A stretch of 64,000 nt of DNA, taken from contig OY970223.1 in NCBI GenBank assembly GCA_963714015.1, forward strand, positions 640,001 to 704,000, given 5' to 3'. Source of the DNA: Vulcanimicrobiota bacterium. Lineage in GTDB: Bacteria; Vulcanimicrobiota; Vulcanimicrobiia; Vulcanimicrobiales; Vulcanimicrobiaceae. Shown here piece after piece: positions 1 through 9,956 of this stretch. Position 1 is the stretch's first letter; each line of letters begins with the position of its first letter. Below the pieces are notes generated by a model. The model did not search any database. It had not been told where the DNA came from and saw only the letters and a list, made by a program, of their open reading frames with translations. The translations under genes and the position numbers were made by a program.

Positions 1-1
1 G

Positions 2-547
2 CTCTCGCCGCTGACGCGTCTTCCCGGAAACCTCGCAATCGAAGCGGAACTGCGCCGGCGGCTCGAGACGAAGGAGCTGTTCGCGGTGCTGTACCTGGAT
101 CTCGACAATTTCAAAGCGTTCAACGACGTGTATGGCTTCACGCACGGAGACGAAGCAATACAGCTGGTGGCTTCAACGGCAGTCGACGTCGTTCGACGGC
201 GCGGTACGCAGCAGGATTTCGTCGGACACATCGGCGGCGACGACTTTTTGATCGTGACGCTCCCCGATCGCGCGGAAGAGATTGCTCGTGAGATCATCGA
301 CACGTTCGACCGCGACATTCGCAAACTCTATACTGCGCACGATCTGCGCCAGGGCTATATCGAGACACGCGACCGGCGAGGGACGCTCAACCGCTTTCCG
401 ATCATGTCGCTCTCCATCGCGATCGTCTCAAACGATCAGCGCGAACTGCGTAATTACGCGCAAATCGGCGAGGCGGCCGCGGAACTCAAGCGCTACGCCA
501 AGTCCATTGGGGGTTCGGTCTACGTGAAGGACAAACGCAGAAAATGA
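2..547 (+). CDS. GGDEF-domain protein (diguanylate cyclase family), 5' partial
   Basis: Frame is open from base 2: SPLTRLPGN...YLDLDNFKAFNDVYGFTHGD...GHIGGDDF. Its stop overlaps the next ATG (ATGA). Confidence 0.9.
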   Translation, partial: LSPLTRLPGNLAIEAELRRRLETKELFAVLYLDLDNFKAFNDVYGFTHGDEAIQLVASTAVDVVRRRGTQQDFVGHIGGDDFLIVTLPDRAEEIAREIIDTFDRDIRKLYTAHDLRQGYIETRDRRGTLNRFPIMSLSIAIVSNDQRELRNYAQIGEAAAELKRYAKSIGGSVYVKDKRRK

Positions 548-1734
548 TCTTGAATCTTCGCGCGGCTGCGGCCCTTGCTATGGCTTGCGCCGTTCTCACT
601 ACGGCCGCGCTTCCATCGACGATCTCACAAAAAATCGCGGCGCAACGCAAAAAGGCCGCCCAGATTCAAGCGCAGCTTCACCAGAAGCGCGCGCAACTCC
701 ATGCCGCAACGGTACATTTGAACGATCTCCAGTCGCAACTGGACGAGACGAATTCGTCCATCGATCGCGTGCGCGGCGTCATCGACGATTTGGACGTTCA
801 GCAGCGCAGCACGCAACGCAAGCTCTGGTGGAACACCGTCCAGCTCCAAGCCGCGCAGAAGACGCTCAAACTGCACGACGGCCTGCTCAAACAGCGGCTC
901 GTCGACATTTACGAGCACGGAGATCTGGGGTACGCAAGCGTTCTGCTGGCTTCGAAGTCCTTCAGCGACTTCGTCGAGCGCTGGCAAGACTTGCGTCTGG
1001 TGATTGCCGCAAACCAACGCGCAGTGCGCGAGCGTAAGGCTGCGGAAGGCAAAGTTGCTTCCGCGCAGGCCGATCTCGAGTCCACGCAATTAGCGCTCGA
1101 AAATCAAACGCAAGAGCAGCAGCGAGCTCAGAGCCAACTCGACGCGCTGGCGCAAGAACGCAGCAATCTCGTTGCCGTTGCGGATCAGCAGCGCCGCCAC
1201 GTAGCGACGCAGGTCGCGCAGATGGAAGAACTCTCGGCGGCCGAGGAAGCGCGCCTGGAAGAATACATCCGCGAACGTCAAGCCGAGATCGAAGCGCAAG
1301 CGGAAGCTGCGCGTCGCGCTGCAGGTATCGCCGGTCCCATAACCTCGCCGGGGGAACTCGCGTGGCCCGTGAGCGGGACGATCACCTCGCCCTTCGGAAT
1401 GCGCCAAAATCCGTTTGGCGGCGGCGTGGAGTTTCATCCGGGACTCGATATCGCCGCGCCGATGGGCACGACCGTGACGGCCGCAGCGGGCGGAACCGTG
1501 ATCTCTGCCGGATGGTACGGAGGCTACGGCAACTACATTTTGATCGATCACGGCGGCGGCATGTCCACGGGATACGGACACCTCTCCCAAATATTCGTTT
1601 CAAACGGCCAGACCGTTCAAAAAGGGCAGGCGATCGGAGCCGTGGGATCGACCGGAATGTCGACGGGGCCCCATCTCCATTTCGAAGTGCGCCTCGGCGG
1701 CAAACCCACCGATCCCGCGCCATATCTTCACTAA
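544..1734 (+). CDS. M23 family peptidase / EnvC-like murein hydrolase activator with coiled coil
   Basis: Signal peptide, long Q/A/E coiled coil, C-terminal M23 motifs HPGLD, YGH and GPHLHFEV. Confidence 0.92.
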   Translation: MILNLRAAAALAMACAVLTTAALPSTISQKIAAQRKKAAQIQAQLHQKRAQLHAATVHLNDLQSQLDETNSSIDRVRGVIDDLDVQQRSTQRKLWWNTVQLQAAQKTLKLHDGLLKQRLVDIYEHGDLGYASVLLASKSFSDFVERWQDLRLVIAANQRAVRERKAAEGKVASAQADLESTQLALENQTQEQQRAQSQLDALAQERSNLVAVADQQRRHVATQVAQMEELSAAEEARLEEYIRERQAEIEAQAEAARRAAGIAGPITSPGELAWPVSGTITSPFGMRQNPFGGGVEFHPGLDIAAPMGTTVTAAAGGTVISAGWYGGYGNYILIDHGGGMSTGYGHLSQIFVSNGQTVQKGQAIGAVGSTGMSTGPHLHFEVRLGGKPTDPAPYLH

Positions 1735-1758
1735 CGGAAGCGCATAACCAAAACACGA

Positions 1759-1810
1759 GGGAGCTTGCGAGCAGCATAGAACCTGCTTGCTCCGGCATTT
1801 GTTTGTTTTA
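1759..1810 (+). terminator. Possible intrinsic terminator after the M23 gene
   Basis: GCGAGCAG/CTGCTTGC stem (one G-U pair) followed by the T-rich tract ATTTGTTTGTTTT. Confidence 0.35.
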
Positions 1811-1825
1811 CGTAAAGGAGCATCC

Positions 1826-2476
1826 ATGAAAGCCCTTAGCCTTCGCATTCCGTTTGGTCTTGCGGCGGCCGCACTTCTTGCGGCCTGTTCGGCCCACGGG
1901 AACGGCGTTGTGCCCCCGGCCTTTATCCAAAGCCTCAACTCGATGCCCGTTCAAGCAGCAGCGGTGCCGCCGGCTTGCAAGGGGCAGACGACGACGAAGA
2001 CCCACGCGAGTGTTAAAGAAAAGCTGCTCAGCTCCGGCGGCCACGCGTGCATTCCGGCGTTCGGCGGCCTGGGCGGAAATATTGCCTACCCCGGCGCCAC
2101 GCCGTCGATCACCTTGACACTGATCAGCAGCACGACCAACTATACCGGCAAGCTGCCGAACCTCGGATCGGGCAGCCCCCTCTTCTATCTGCAGGTCGCA
2201 ACCAGCGCCGCAACATCGTTTGCCTCGAACGTTCCGGCCGGCGGCGGGCTCACGGGCGCGTCGATCAAAACCGGCCGCAACTACACGATCTACGGACAGG
2301 CCAAGGTTGACGGGTTCACCCTCAATTTCACGCCGTGCTACACCCAAGCGACCAAAGGCAAGTACGGAGGCGTGATCGGCGGCATGGGAACGCTGCTCAA
2401 GGGCGAGAACGTGCCCGCCGCAGCAACGGGCGTTATCGAAGTCTACTCGGGGAAGAGCGCCTCAGGAACCTGCTAG
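1826..2476 (+). CDS. Hypothetical lipoprotein
   Basis: AAGGAG RBS before ATG 1826; lipobox LLAAC; G/T/S-rich mature part with four more Cys. Confidence 0.75.
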   Translation: MKALSLRIPFGLAAAALLAACSAHGNGVVPPAFIQSLNSMPVQAAAVPPACKGQTTTKTHASVKEKLLSSGGHACIPAFGGLGGNIAYPGATPSITLTLISSTTNYTGKLPNLGSGSPLFYLQVATSAATSFASNVPAGGGLTGASIKTGRNYTIYGQAKVDGFTLNFTPCYTQATKGKYGGVIGGMGTLLKGENVPAAATGVIEVYSGKSASGTC

Positions 2477-2584
2477 CGATTTACGGCCGGAGCACTACGG
2501 CGGCTGGTCCTCGAAACCAGGGAGGCGAAAAATGGGTACTAAGCGGGTACCCGTGTACGTCTTAGGAAGGACGCAGTCGCCCTA

Positions 2585-4027
2585 GTGTCTACCGCAATTC
2601 GTGCTGTAATTGCAGCGCTGCTCGTTGCTGCCGTCGCCTTCGGCGGCGCTTTGTATATCGGATACCGGAATGGCCTGGTGGCGGGGCAAGCCTCGTATGA
2701 CGGGAGCGCGGGGAAAGTCGCGTCCCTCGATCTCGCCGGAATTTTCGGACCGCAGATGGACGAACATCTCGTCGATCTGGCATTTCGCCAAGTCGAGCAG
2801 GTGTATTATCGTCCGGTCGATTCGGCGCAGCTCGTGCAAGGCGAACATAGCGGCCTGCTTGCGTATCTAAACGCGTACTTCAAAGCGAAGAAGATCGAAC
2901 GAGTTGCGGATCTGCCCGGCGCGCAAGCCGACGGCGACCGAACGGAAGACCTTCACGTCCTTGACAGCCAGCTCGCATACGCGCAGGATCACTACGCGCA
3001 GTACCTGGGCAAAGACGGCCGCACGCAGCTCACGACAGCGGCGCTCGACGGTATGCTCGACGCGCTGCGCGATCCGTATACGGTGTATCTCTCTCCGGAT
3101 CAGATTCGCGCCCTCAACGAAGAGCTCAACGGCGGAAACTTCGGCGGGATCGGGGTTTTCATCTATCAGCTCAGTGACGGCCACGTGCTGCTGCAGCCCA
3201 TCGAGGGACTTCCCGCGTCCCGCGCCGGCATGCGCGGTAACGAAATCGTGGTGTCCATCAACGGCACTTCGGTTACCGGCAAACCGCTCGACGACGTCGA
3301 ACGGATGATTCGCGGCCCCGAAGGCACCGACGTAACGATAGCCACGCACCCATACCAGAGCACCGTTTCGCGAGTCTTTCACATCACCCGTGAAATCATT
3401 CACGTGCCGACCGTTCACCAGAAAATGGAAAACGGATACAACTACATCCGTCTCTCGGATTTCGGCGAAACGTCCGCAGACGAAGTGCACAAGGCACTGC
3501 TCGAAGGTCAGAAGGCCGGCGCCAAGGGCACGATCCTGGATCTGCGTGACAACGGCGGTGGTTTACTGGATGCCGCCGTCAACATCTCGAGTTTCTTCAT
3601 TCCACACGGCGTCATCGTTACGGAGATAGACCGGGACGGCGATCGCAACCCTCAGTATGCGAACGGCAACGTCATGCACGGCGTGCGCCCCGTCGTGGTG
3701 CTCGTCAACGGGTACACCGCCAGCGCCTCGGAGATCACCTCGGGCGCTCTCCAAGATTACAAAATCGCCACCCTCATCGGCACCAAGACCTTCGGAAAGG
3801 GCGTCGTGCAGGGGATCTTCACCATGCCCAACGGCGGAGCGCTGAAAATCACGACCGAGCGGTACGTCACGCCGTTGGGCCGGGACATCCAGCACAAGGG
3901 CATCGAGCCCAATCTCGTCGTTCAGGAGTGCCCGCACCCGGACCACTGCCCGGCGGGCATCATCGACACGCCCCGTGACAAACAACTTGCCGCGGCTAAG
4001 GCATTTCTCAGCCGCCTGACGCGTTAG
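2585..4027 (+). CDS. S41 family C-terminal processing protease (CtpA-like, PDZ)
   Basis: DPYTVYL, GGIG PDZ loop, LDLRDNGGG, TASASE (catalytic Ser), TFGKG (catalytic Lys). Confidence 0.93.
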   Translation: MSTAIRAVIAALLVAAVAFGGALYIGYRNGLVAGQASYDGSAGKVASLDLAGIFGPQMDEHLVDLAFRQVEQVYYRPVDSAQLVQGEHSGLLAYLNAYFKAKKIERVADLPGAQADGDRTEDLHVLDSQLAYAQDHYAQYLGKDGRTQLTTAALDGMLDALRDPYTVYLSPDQIRALNEELNGGNFGGIGVFIYQLSDGHVLLQPIEGLPASRAGMRGNEIVVSINGTSVTGKPLDDVERMIRGPEGTDVTIATHPYQSTVSRVFHITREIIHVPTVHQKMENGYNYIRLSDFGETSADEVHKALLEGQKAGAKGTILDLRDNGGGLLDAAVNISSFFIPHGVIVTEIDRDGDRNPQYANGNVMHGVRPVVVLVNGYTASASEITSGALQDYKIATLIGTKTFGKGVVQGIFTMPNGGALKITTERYVTPLGRDIQHKGIEPNLVVQECPHPDHCPAGIIDTPRDKQLAAAKAFLSRLTR

Positions 4028-4036
4028 TAGTAGAGT

Positions 4037-5423
4037 ATGAACCGCATAACAGCCTTGTCCTTGGCCGGTGCCGTCCTTATCGCGGCCGGCCAAATTCCAG
4101 CCGCGCGGTCCGCCGCAGCGCCTTCGAGCCTCTCCGCGCTGGATTCCAACGAAATTCAGTTCAGCTACGAGAAGTTGCGCAGTGATTTCTATCAGAAAAC
4201 GGAGCCGCAAGAGATCGTAGACGGCGCACGGACCGAACTTCAGCACGATCTGAAGACTGGCGGGCATCAACGCATCGCTTCCGCCGATTTTCGCTTCCGA
4301 CGATCCAACGCGCACCGGAAAGGCCGTCGACCATGAGGTTGACGTCGCGTCGCGCGATGCCAAGGGCAAGGTGTCAACGCATCTGCTTGCTTACGCGGCA
4401 ATCTCCGGAATGCTCGACTCCGTGCACGATCGCTATACCGTATTCTTGGATCCGAAGGAGTACGCCGCGCTCAATGAAGGTTTAGACGGAACCTCTTTCG
4501 CGGGAACGGGTATCGTCATTCAGGCCGACGACCAAACGAAGTACATCGACGTGAGCAACGTCGTGCCGGATGGGCCGGCGGACAAAGCGGGTATTCAACA
4601 AGACGACGTCATCACCGGGATCGACGGTGTCTCGACCAAGGGTATGACGATTCAGCAAGCGTCTTCGCATCTGCGCGGCAAGTCGGGCAGCACCGTGCAG
4701 CTCACGATCCAGCGTGACGGCAAACAGTTGCCGCAACCGATCGCGATCACGCGCGCCGAGATTCACGAGCTCTCCGTGTACGAGAAAATGCTCCCCGGCA
4801 AGATCGGCTACGTCGAACTCACGGTGTTCGGACGCGATACCGGTGCCGAACTCACTCAGGCGTTGGACCGTCTGCAGCAGGAAGGCGCGCGCGCAATCGT
4901 CATGGATCTGCGTGACAACGGCGGCGGTTATCTTCAGGCTGCATTAGACGTCAGCTCCAAGTTCATCTCCAGCGGTCCCATCGTCTCCGTCGAATCGCGC
5001 GCTTCCAACGTTACGACGTACGAAGCCGAAGATACCGCGATTCCGCCGGTTCCATTGGCCGTTCTGGTGAACGAGCATACGGCTTCCGCGTCGGAGATCA
5101 CGTCGGGTGCGATTCAAGACAGCGGCGTTGGGACCATCATCGGAACGAAGACGTTCGGCAAGGGCGTCGTCCAAGAGATTCTGCCGTTGCCCGACGGTTC
5201 GGCGATTAAGATCACCGATGCGCGCTATCTGACGCCGCACAACCGCGACATCAACCACTTGGGCATCATGCCCGACATCGCGGTCGCAGAGAACAAGGAT
5301 GCACGCTACGGGGATCCGGCGCACGACATACAGCTGGGGCGCGCTCTGCAATATCTCGACGATCGGATCGCGCACACGCAGGGCAGCGAATCACCGGCTG
5401 CCGCCGATCAACAGCAGCAGTAG
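4037..5423 (+). CDS. Second S41 family protease; one +1 frameshift near 4260 (probable sequencing error)
   Basis: The signal-peptide ORF 4037 continues in the frame of ORF 4371-5423 (AGINASLPP...). DLRDNGGG, TASASE and TFGKG are present. Span is 3n+1. Confidence 0.88.
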
Positions 5424-5561
5424 CAATTAGAAACTGATCAGTCGCCGTTGCCGGGTGCGGCCGGCTGATCGAGTTTGTCGCTCTGCTGTTTCTCCGACTG
5501 ATTCAGACGTTCGGCTTCTTCGCGCTCGCTCGAAGACTTTGCTCGGGCGCATCTTTCTCGT

Positions 5562-5599
5562 ACATGGACGGCTGTTACCCAGCAGCCGTCCATGTTTTT
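5562..5599 (+). terminator. Rho-independent terminator between the convergent S41 and rne genes
   Basis: Perfect 13-bp inverted repeat ACATGGACGGCTG / CAGCCGTCCATGT followed by a T run. Confidence 0.7.
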
Positions 5600-5606
5600 G
5601 GGAAGC

Positions 5607-8313
5607 CTACTTTTTCTTGCGAGCCGGCGTTTTGGCGGCCGTCGTCTTGCGGGTCGAGCGCGTCTTCTTTATCGCGGGTTCAGCCGCGCTTTCGGGGGCC
5701 TTCTTGCGACCGCCCTTGGGTTTGGCCTCGTTCGCGGCCGGGCCGGGCGCCGCCGGCGCGGCGGCTTTGCGCGGCCGTTTCGGCTTTGCCTTTCCGCGCC
5801 GGTTCGGCAGCTTCGGCCTTCGGGGTCGAACGCGTACGCTTGGGCTTCTCGGGAGCCGGCAAGGCTGCAGTGCGCGCAGTTTCGAGTTGGCCTCCGCGAA
5901 CCGGCTCGGTGTCGGCGGCGGATGGACGCCTGCGCCGCGCGGGTTTTGTCGGCTTGGCGCCCTCTTCGGGCGCGCGCAGGTGCGGAGGGGGCGGCTCGAC
6001 GGCCGGCGGCTGGGGCTTCCGGTTCCAAGGCGCGATAGCCCGTCCCGGTTCGCGCGGGGCGGTCTGACCGGTCGGTTCGGCGCTGCCGTCCGATCCGACC
6101 CGGAAGATGTGCCGGTCGGGCACGGCCGAAGGCGGCGGCGCTTGACCCGCCGGTTCGGCTCCTAGCCCGCCGTGTCCGCGACGGCGGCGGCGACGGCGGC
6201 GACGGCGGTGTCCGCCCTCGCCTTCGACATGGCCGGGCGCAGTCTCGTGCTCGACGGCTTCCTGATCCTCTTCGGCCGACTCACTCTGAACCTCGGCGCT
6301 ATGCAGCGGGATGCCGGCTTGCAGAACTTCTTCGGAACGTCCGCCCCGGCCACGTCCGCGGCGCCGCCGCCGGCGCCGGTGCCGTCCCTCGCGTTCGTGC
6401 TCCTCGCCCTGGCCGATAACGATGGCTTCCGGCGTCTGTTCGGCTTTTTGTTCCACGACGGCGGTGCGCTCGGCGCGCTCCTCCTCCTCGGTGACGGTCG
6501 TGATTCCGATCGGCGGACGAGCTTGCGCGAATTTTGCGGCCTCTTCTGCCAATGCGCGCAGCTCTTGCGTCTGCTCCGTGGCGGTGAGTTCGCCTTTGCG
6601 GCCTCCGCGGCGGCGGCGCTTGCGCTTCTCGCCCACCGCGACGGTGGCCAGTTCGGCCAGCGCGAAATCGTCCGCGACGTCGATGAGTTTGATGCGGGCG
6701 GTTTGGCCCGCCATATTAGCAGCGTTTTCGACTTCGATGATGCGGCCTTCGATCACCGCAGCGGCAGATGATACATTCGGAAGCCGTCCCGGAAGCAACT
6801 CCACTTCGTGCTCGTCGCCCACGCGGAGTTTGCCGTCCGGCTTCATGTCGCCGACATTGCGCAGACGAACTTTCTCCGGGTGAAGCAGCGGATCGACGCG
6901 GACGTGAATAGGCGTGCGGAGCTGTTCGATAAGACTCTTGGTTTCGTCCTCGTACCAGAACTCCAGCTGCGCCGCAACGGTTGGCGCGGACTCGACCAAG
7001 ATCGGTTTGTGGTCGACGTGATCGTGCGCGCGAATTCTGCGCAGCGTTTCGATTGCCACGGATTGCGAGGACATCACGGTTCCCAGACCTGCGCAAGTCG
7101 GGCACGATCCGCGCAGCTGCGAGGCAAGGTCTTTGCCGACGCGTTTGCGGGTGAACTCCAGAAGTCCCAAATTGCTGAATGACTGAATCGTCGCGCGCGT
7201 GCGATCTTTGCGAAGTCCCGATTCGAGCGTCTGAATTACCTTGTTACGGGAGCCTTCGGTGTTCATGTCGATGAAATCGCAGACGATGATGCCGCCGATG
7301 TCGCGCAGCCGCACTTGGCGCGCGATCTCCGCAGCCGCTTCAACGTTCGTCTTGACGATTGTGTCTTCGAGATTCTTGCCCCCGGTGAATTTGCCGGAGT
7401 TCACGTCGATGACGGTTAGCGCTTCCGTCGTTTCAATCACGATCGACCCGCCGGAGGGCAGGTTGATCTTCGGCTTCATGAGCTTCTGAAGCTCTTCGTC
7501 GATCTTGAAGTCTTTGAAGAGCGAGCGTCCGGAGTTGTAGTACTGGACGCGATCGAGATACTGCGGACCGAGCAGTTGTAAGAAGCTGCAGATCTTACGG
7601 TACTCGTCTTCGTTGTCGATTAGGACCCGATCGACGTCGGCGGTGATGAAATCGCGCGCCGCCTTGTAAACCAAATTCATGTCTTTGTGCAGCAGCGACG
7701 GCGCGGCAGCGCGCTTATAGGACTCCAGGATGCCGTGCCACATCCGAATGAGGACTCCGAGGTCGGCGATGAGTTCGGCCTCGCTGACGGCGCCCGCCGC
7801 CGTGCGCACAACAGTCGCCATCCCTTCGGGACGGATGCGCTTCATGATGGCCTTGAGCCGGTTGCGCTCCTCGGAGGACTCAATCTTGCGCGAGACGCCG
7901 CTGTACTTGCCGGTAGGCATCAGAATGAGGTAGCGGCCGGGCAGGGAGATATTGGTGCTGATGCGCGCGCCCTTGAGCCCGCGGGGCTCCTTTACGATCT
8001 GCACCAGGACCTCGTCCCCCCGGTTGACCTTCTCGCTGATGGTCCAACCGCTGCGGCCCTGGGTGATCTCGACGTCGCCGATGTTCAGCGGCGTCTTGTT
8101 GATGTCGTCGACGTAGAGAAAGGCGTTGCGGCCGAGGCCGATGTCCACGAAGCTGGCGCCCATGCCGGGCAGCACGTTCTGGACTTTGCCTTTGAAGATC
8201 GAGCCGATGACCTTCTCTTCGCGCTCGACGTAGAGTTCTGAGAGGACGCTGTCCTCGAGGATGGCGACCCGGTTCTCCCAGGGGTCGCTCGAGATCAGGA
8301 TCTCGCTGGACAA
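5607..8313 (-). CDS. rne: Ribonuclease E/G family with TRAM-like domain and long disordered tail; +1 frameshift near 5790
   Basis: S1 domain (GKVQNVLPGMGASFVDIG), TEALTVIDVNSGK, LRDIGGIIVCDFIDM and CPTC Zn-link. The true K/A-rich tail (...KTPARKKK*) is in a shifted frame ending at 5607. Confidence 0.92.
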
Positions 8314-8586
8314 ATTTTACCAAACCTTTTGTCGGTTGAAGCGCGGACCCGGCCGTTGAACTCCTCCGCGAGAAGACCCGGCATCCAATCGCATTCCCTG
8401 CGATTTCCTGCGGTCACCTCGAGCGGGTACGCTAGCGAGCCACTACGCTCTCGAAAAATTTCTTGAACCGTCCGCCCAGTCTTCATAACTCACGAAGGCC
8501 GGGACGGTCTTGGGCCTCCAGGTTCCCGCCCTCCCCCGGCCGGACCTGCCCTGCAAGCTTGCGGGCGGGTTGCCGACAATAATAAG

Positions 8587-9669
8587 GTGGCGCACCTGAG
8601 TGTAACCCAGGCGCTGGCCGGCTTTTTCGCCGCCATCGGCTTGTACAATACGCTGATTTACTTCGTTACGAGCGATCGGGCGTTTCTTTGGTATGCGGTC
8701 CTGATGGATACGATCGCCGGCGTGCAGTTCGTCTTCGCACCGCATTTGATAGGCGTCGCTCCGGGCGAAGCGCTGCTGATCTACCGCTCCGTCATCTTTG
8801 CGCTCTTCTTCAGCGCCGAAGTGATCTTCGCATGGACGTTTTTGCGGCTGGCTACGCGCTTTCCGGCGTACGCCAAAGCCGTCGCTGCACTGCTCGCGGT
8901 GAACGTTGCCGCCGTTGGGCTCGACCGGATCTTCGGGCCGTCGGCATTACATCGCACGATCGATCACGCACTTTTCCTCAGCTTGATTGCAACGTGCGCG
9001 GCGGCCGCCTGGAAGGGAGCCGCGGCCGGACAAGAAGACGCGCGGTACTATCTGACGGCGTACGGCGGACTATTTTTAACCGCCTTCGCCGGTGCGGCGG
9101 GCGAGCTCGCCGGTCTCGAGCGCTTGTCCGTATATTTCTTTCAAGCCGGCGCGCTGTGGCAAGCCGGTCTGCTGACGATTGCGCTCGGCAGCCGCTATTT
9201 CAAATTGGATCCCCTTACAGGCGTGAAGAGCCGCAGAGCATTCGACGAAGGCTTGATTCGCGCGTATCGCTCGTCGTTCAAGGGAAAGTCGGGGCTTGCC
9301 GTGATCGTCGTTGCGATTCACGGGCTCAAAGATTACGAAGCGCGCCAAGGACGCATGGCGGGCGATGCGATGCTGCGCCGCGTTGCGGGCATATGCGCCA
9401 CCTGCTGCCGCGATCGCGCCGACGTCTTCGCGCGCTACGGCGACGAAGCGTTTGCGGCAATCGTGCCGCGTGTCAGCAAAACCGAGGCCGAGGTCATCGC
9501 GCAGAAAATGCGCGAGACGGTTGAAGAGACGTGCCGGATAACGATCGGTGTCGGCGTCGGATCTATCGACGAAGCCAATTCCGCCAAGGGCATCATTCAA
9601 CGCGCCGCCCGCCGCAGCGCGCGGGATGCAATCGGCCGCGCAGACTTTCCCGAAACAGCCGCTCTTTAA
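8587..9669 (+). CDS. Membrane (7TM-DISM-like) protein with degenerate GGDEF domain
   Basis: About 7 hydrophobic segments, then DPLTGVKSRRAF and ARYGDEAF in place of RxGG(D/E)EF. Confidence 0.8.
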   Translation: MAHLSVTQALAGFFAAIGLYNTLIYFVTSDRAFLWYAVLMDTIAGVQFVFAPHLIGVAPGEALLIYRSVIFALFFSAEVIFAWTFLRLATRFPAYAKAVAALLAVNVAAVGLDRIFGPSALHRTIDHALFLSLIATCAAAAWKGAAAGQEDARYYLTAYGGLFLTAFAGAAGELAGLERLSVYFFQAGALWQAGLLTIALGSRYFKLDPLTGVKSRRAFDEGLIRAYRSSFKGKSGLAVIVVAIHGLKDYEARQGRMAGDAMLRRVAGICATCCRDRADVFARYGDEAFAAIVPRVSKTEAEVIAQKMRETVEETCRITIGVGVGSIDEANSAKGIIQRAARRSARDAIGRADFPETAAL

Positions 9670-9674
9670 CGCCG

Positions 9675-9956
9675 CTAATATGCCGGAGGCGAGTACACGT
9701 TGAACGTGACCGCCGGCGCAGACCCGCGATTGACGAATCGGTGCGCGACGCCTTTTCCGACGATTGCGGAATCACCCGCGCGCATGCCGAATGTGCGTTC
9801 GCCAATCTCCGCTTCCAGCGTCCCTTCGGCGAGGTAGAGCACTTGCTCGCTTTGCGCGTGCTCGTTTTCTTTGCGCGGGCCACTCTCTTCGCCGGGCTGC
9901 AGCACCATACGGGCAGTCTGCGTCGCTTGGCTCGTCTCGATTACGGTGAATTCCAC
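9675..9956 (-). CDS. Cupin domain protein
   Basis: MVLQPGE...EHAQSEQVLYLAEG...AGD...AHRFVN cupin motifs; start overlaps the upstream stop. Confidence 0.85.
   Translation of the reverse strand: MEFTVIETSQATQTARMVLQPGEESGPRKENEHAQSEQVLYLAEGTLEAEIGERTFGMRAGDSAIVGKGVAHRFVNRGSAPAVTFNVYSPPAY

Noticed and set aside
2477..2584. Short stems and a CGGGTACCCG palindrome upstream of the first S41 gene as a riboswitch or ribozyme
   Set aside because: No recognisable conserved core; stems are short enough to arise by chance.
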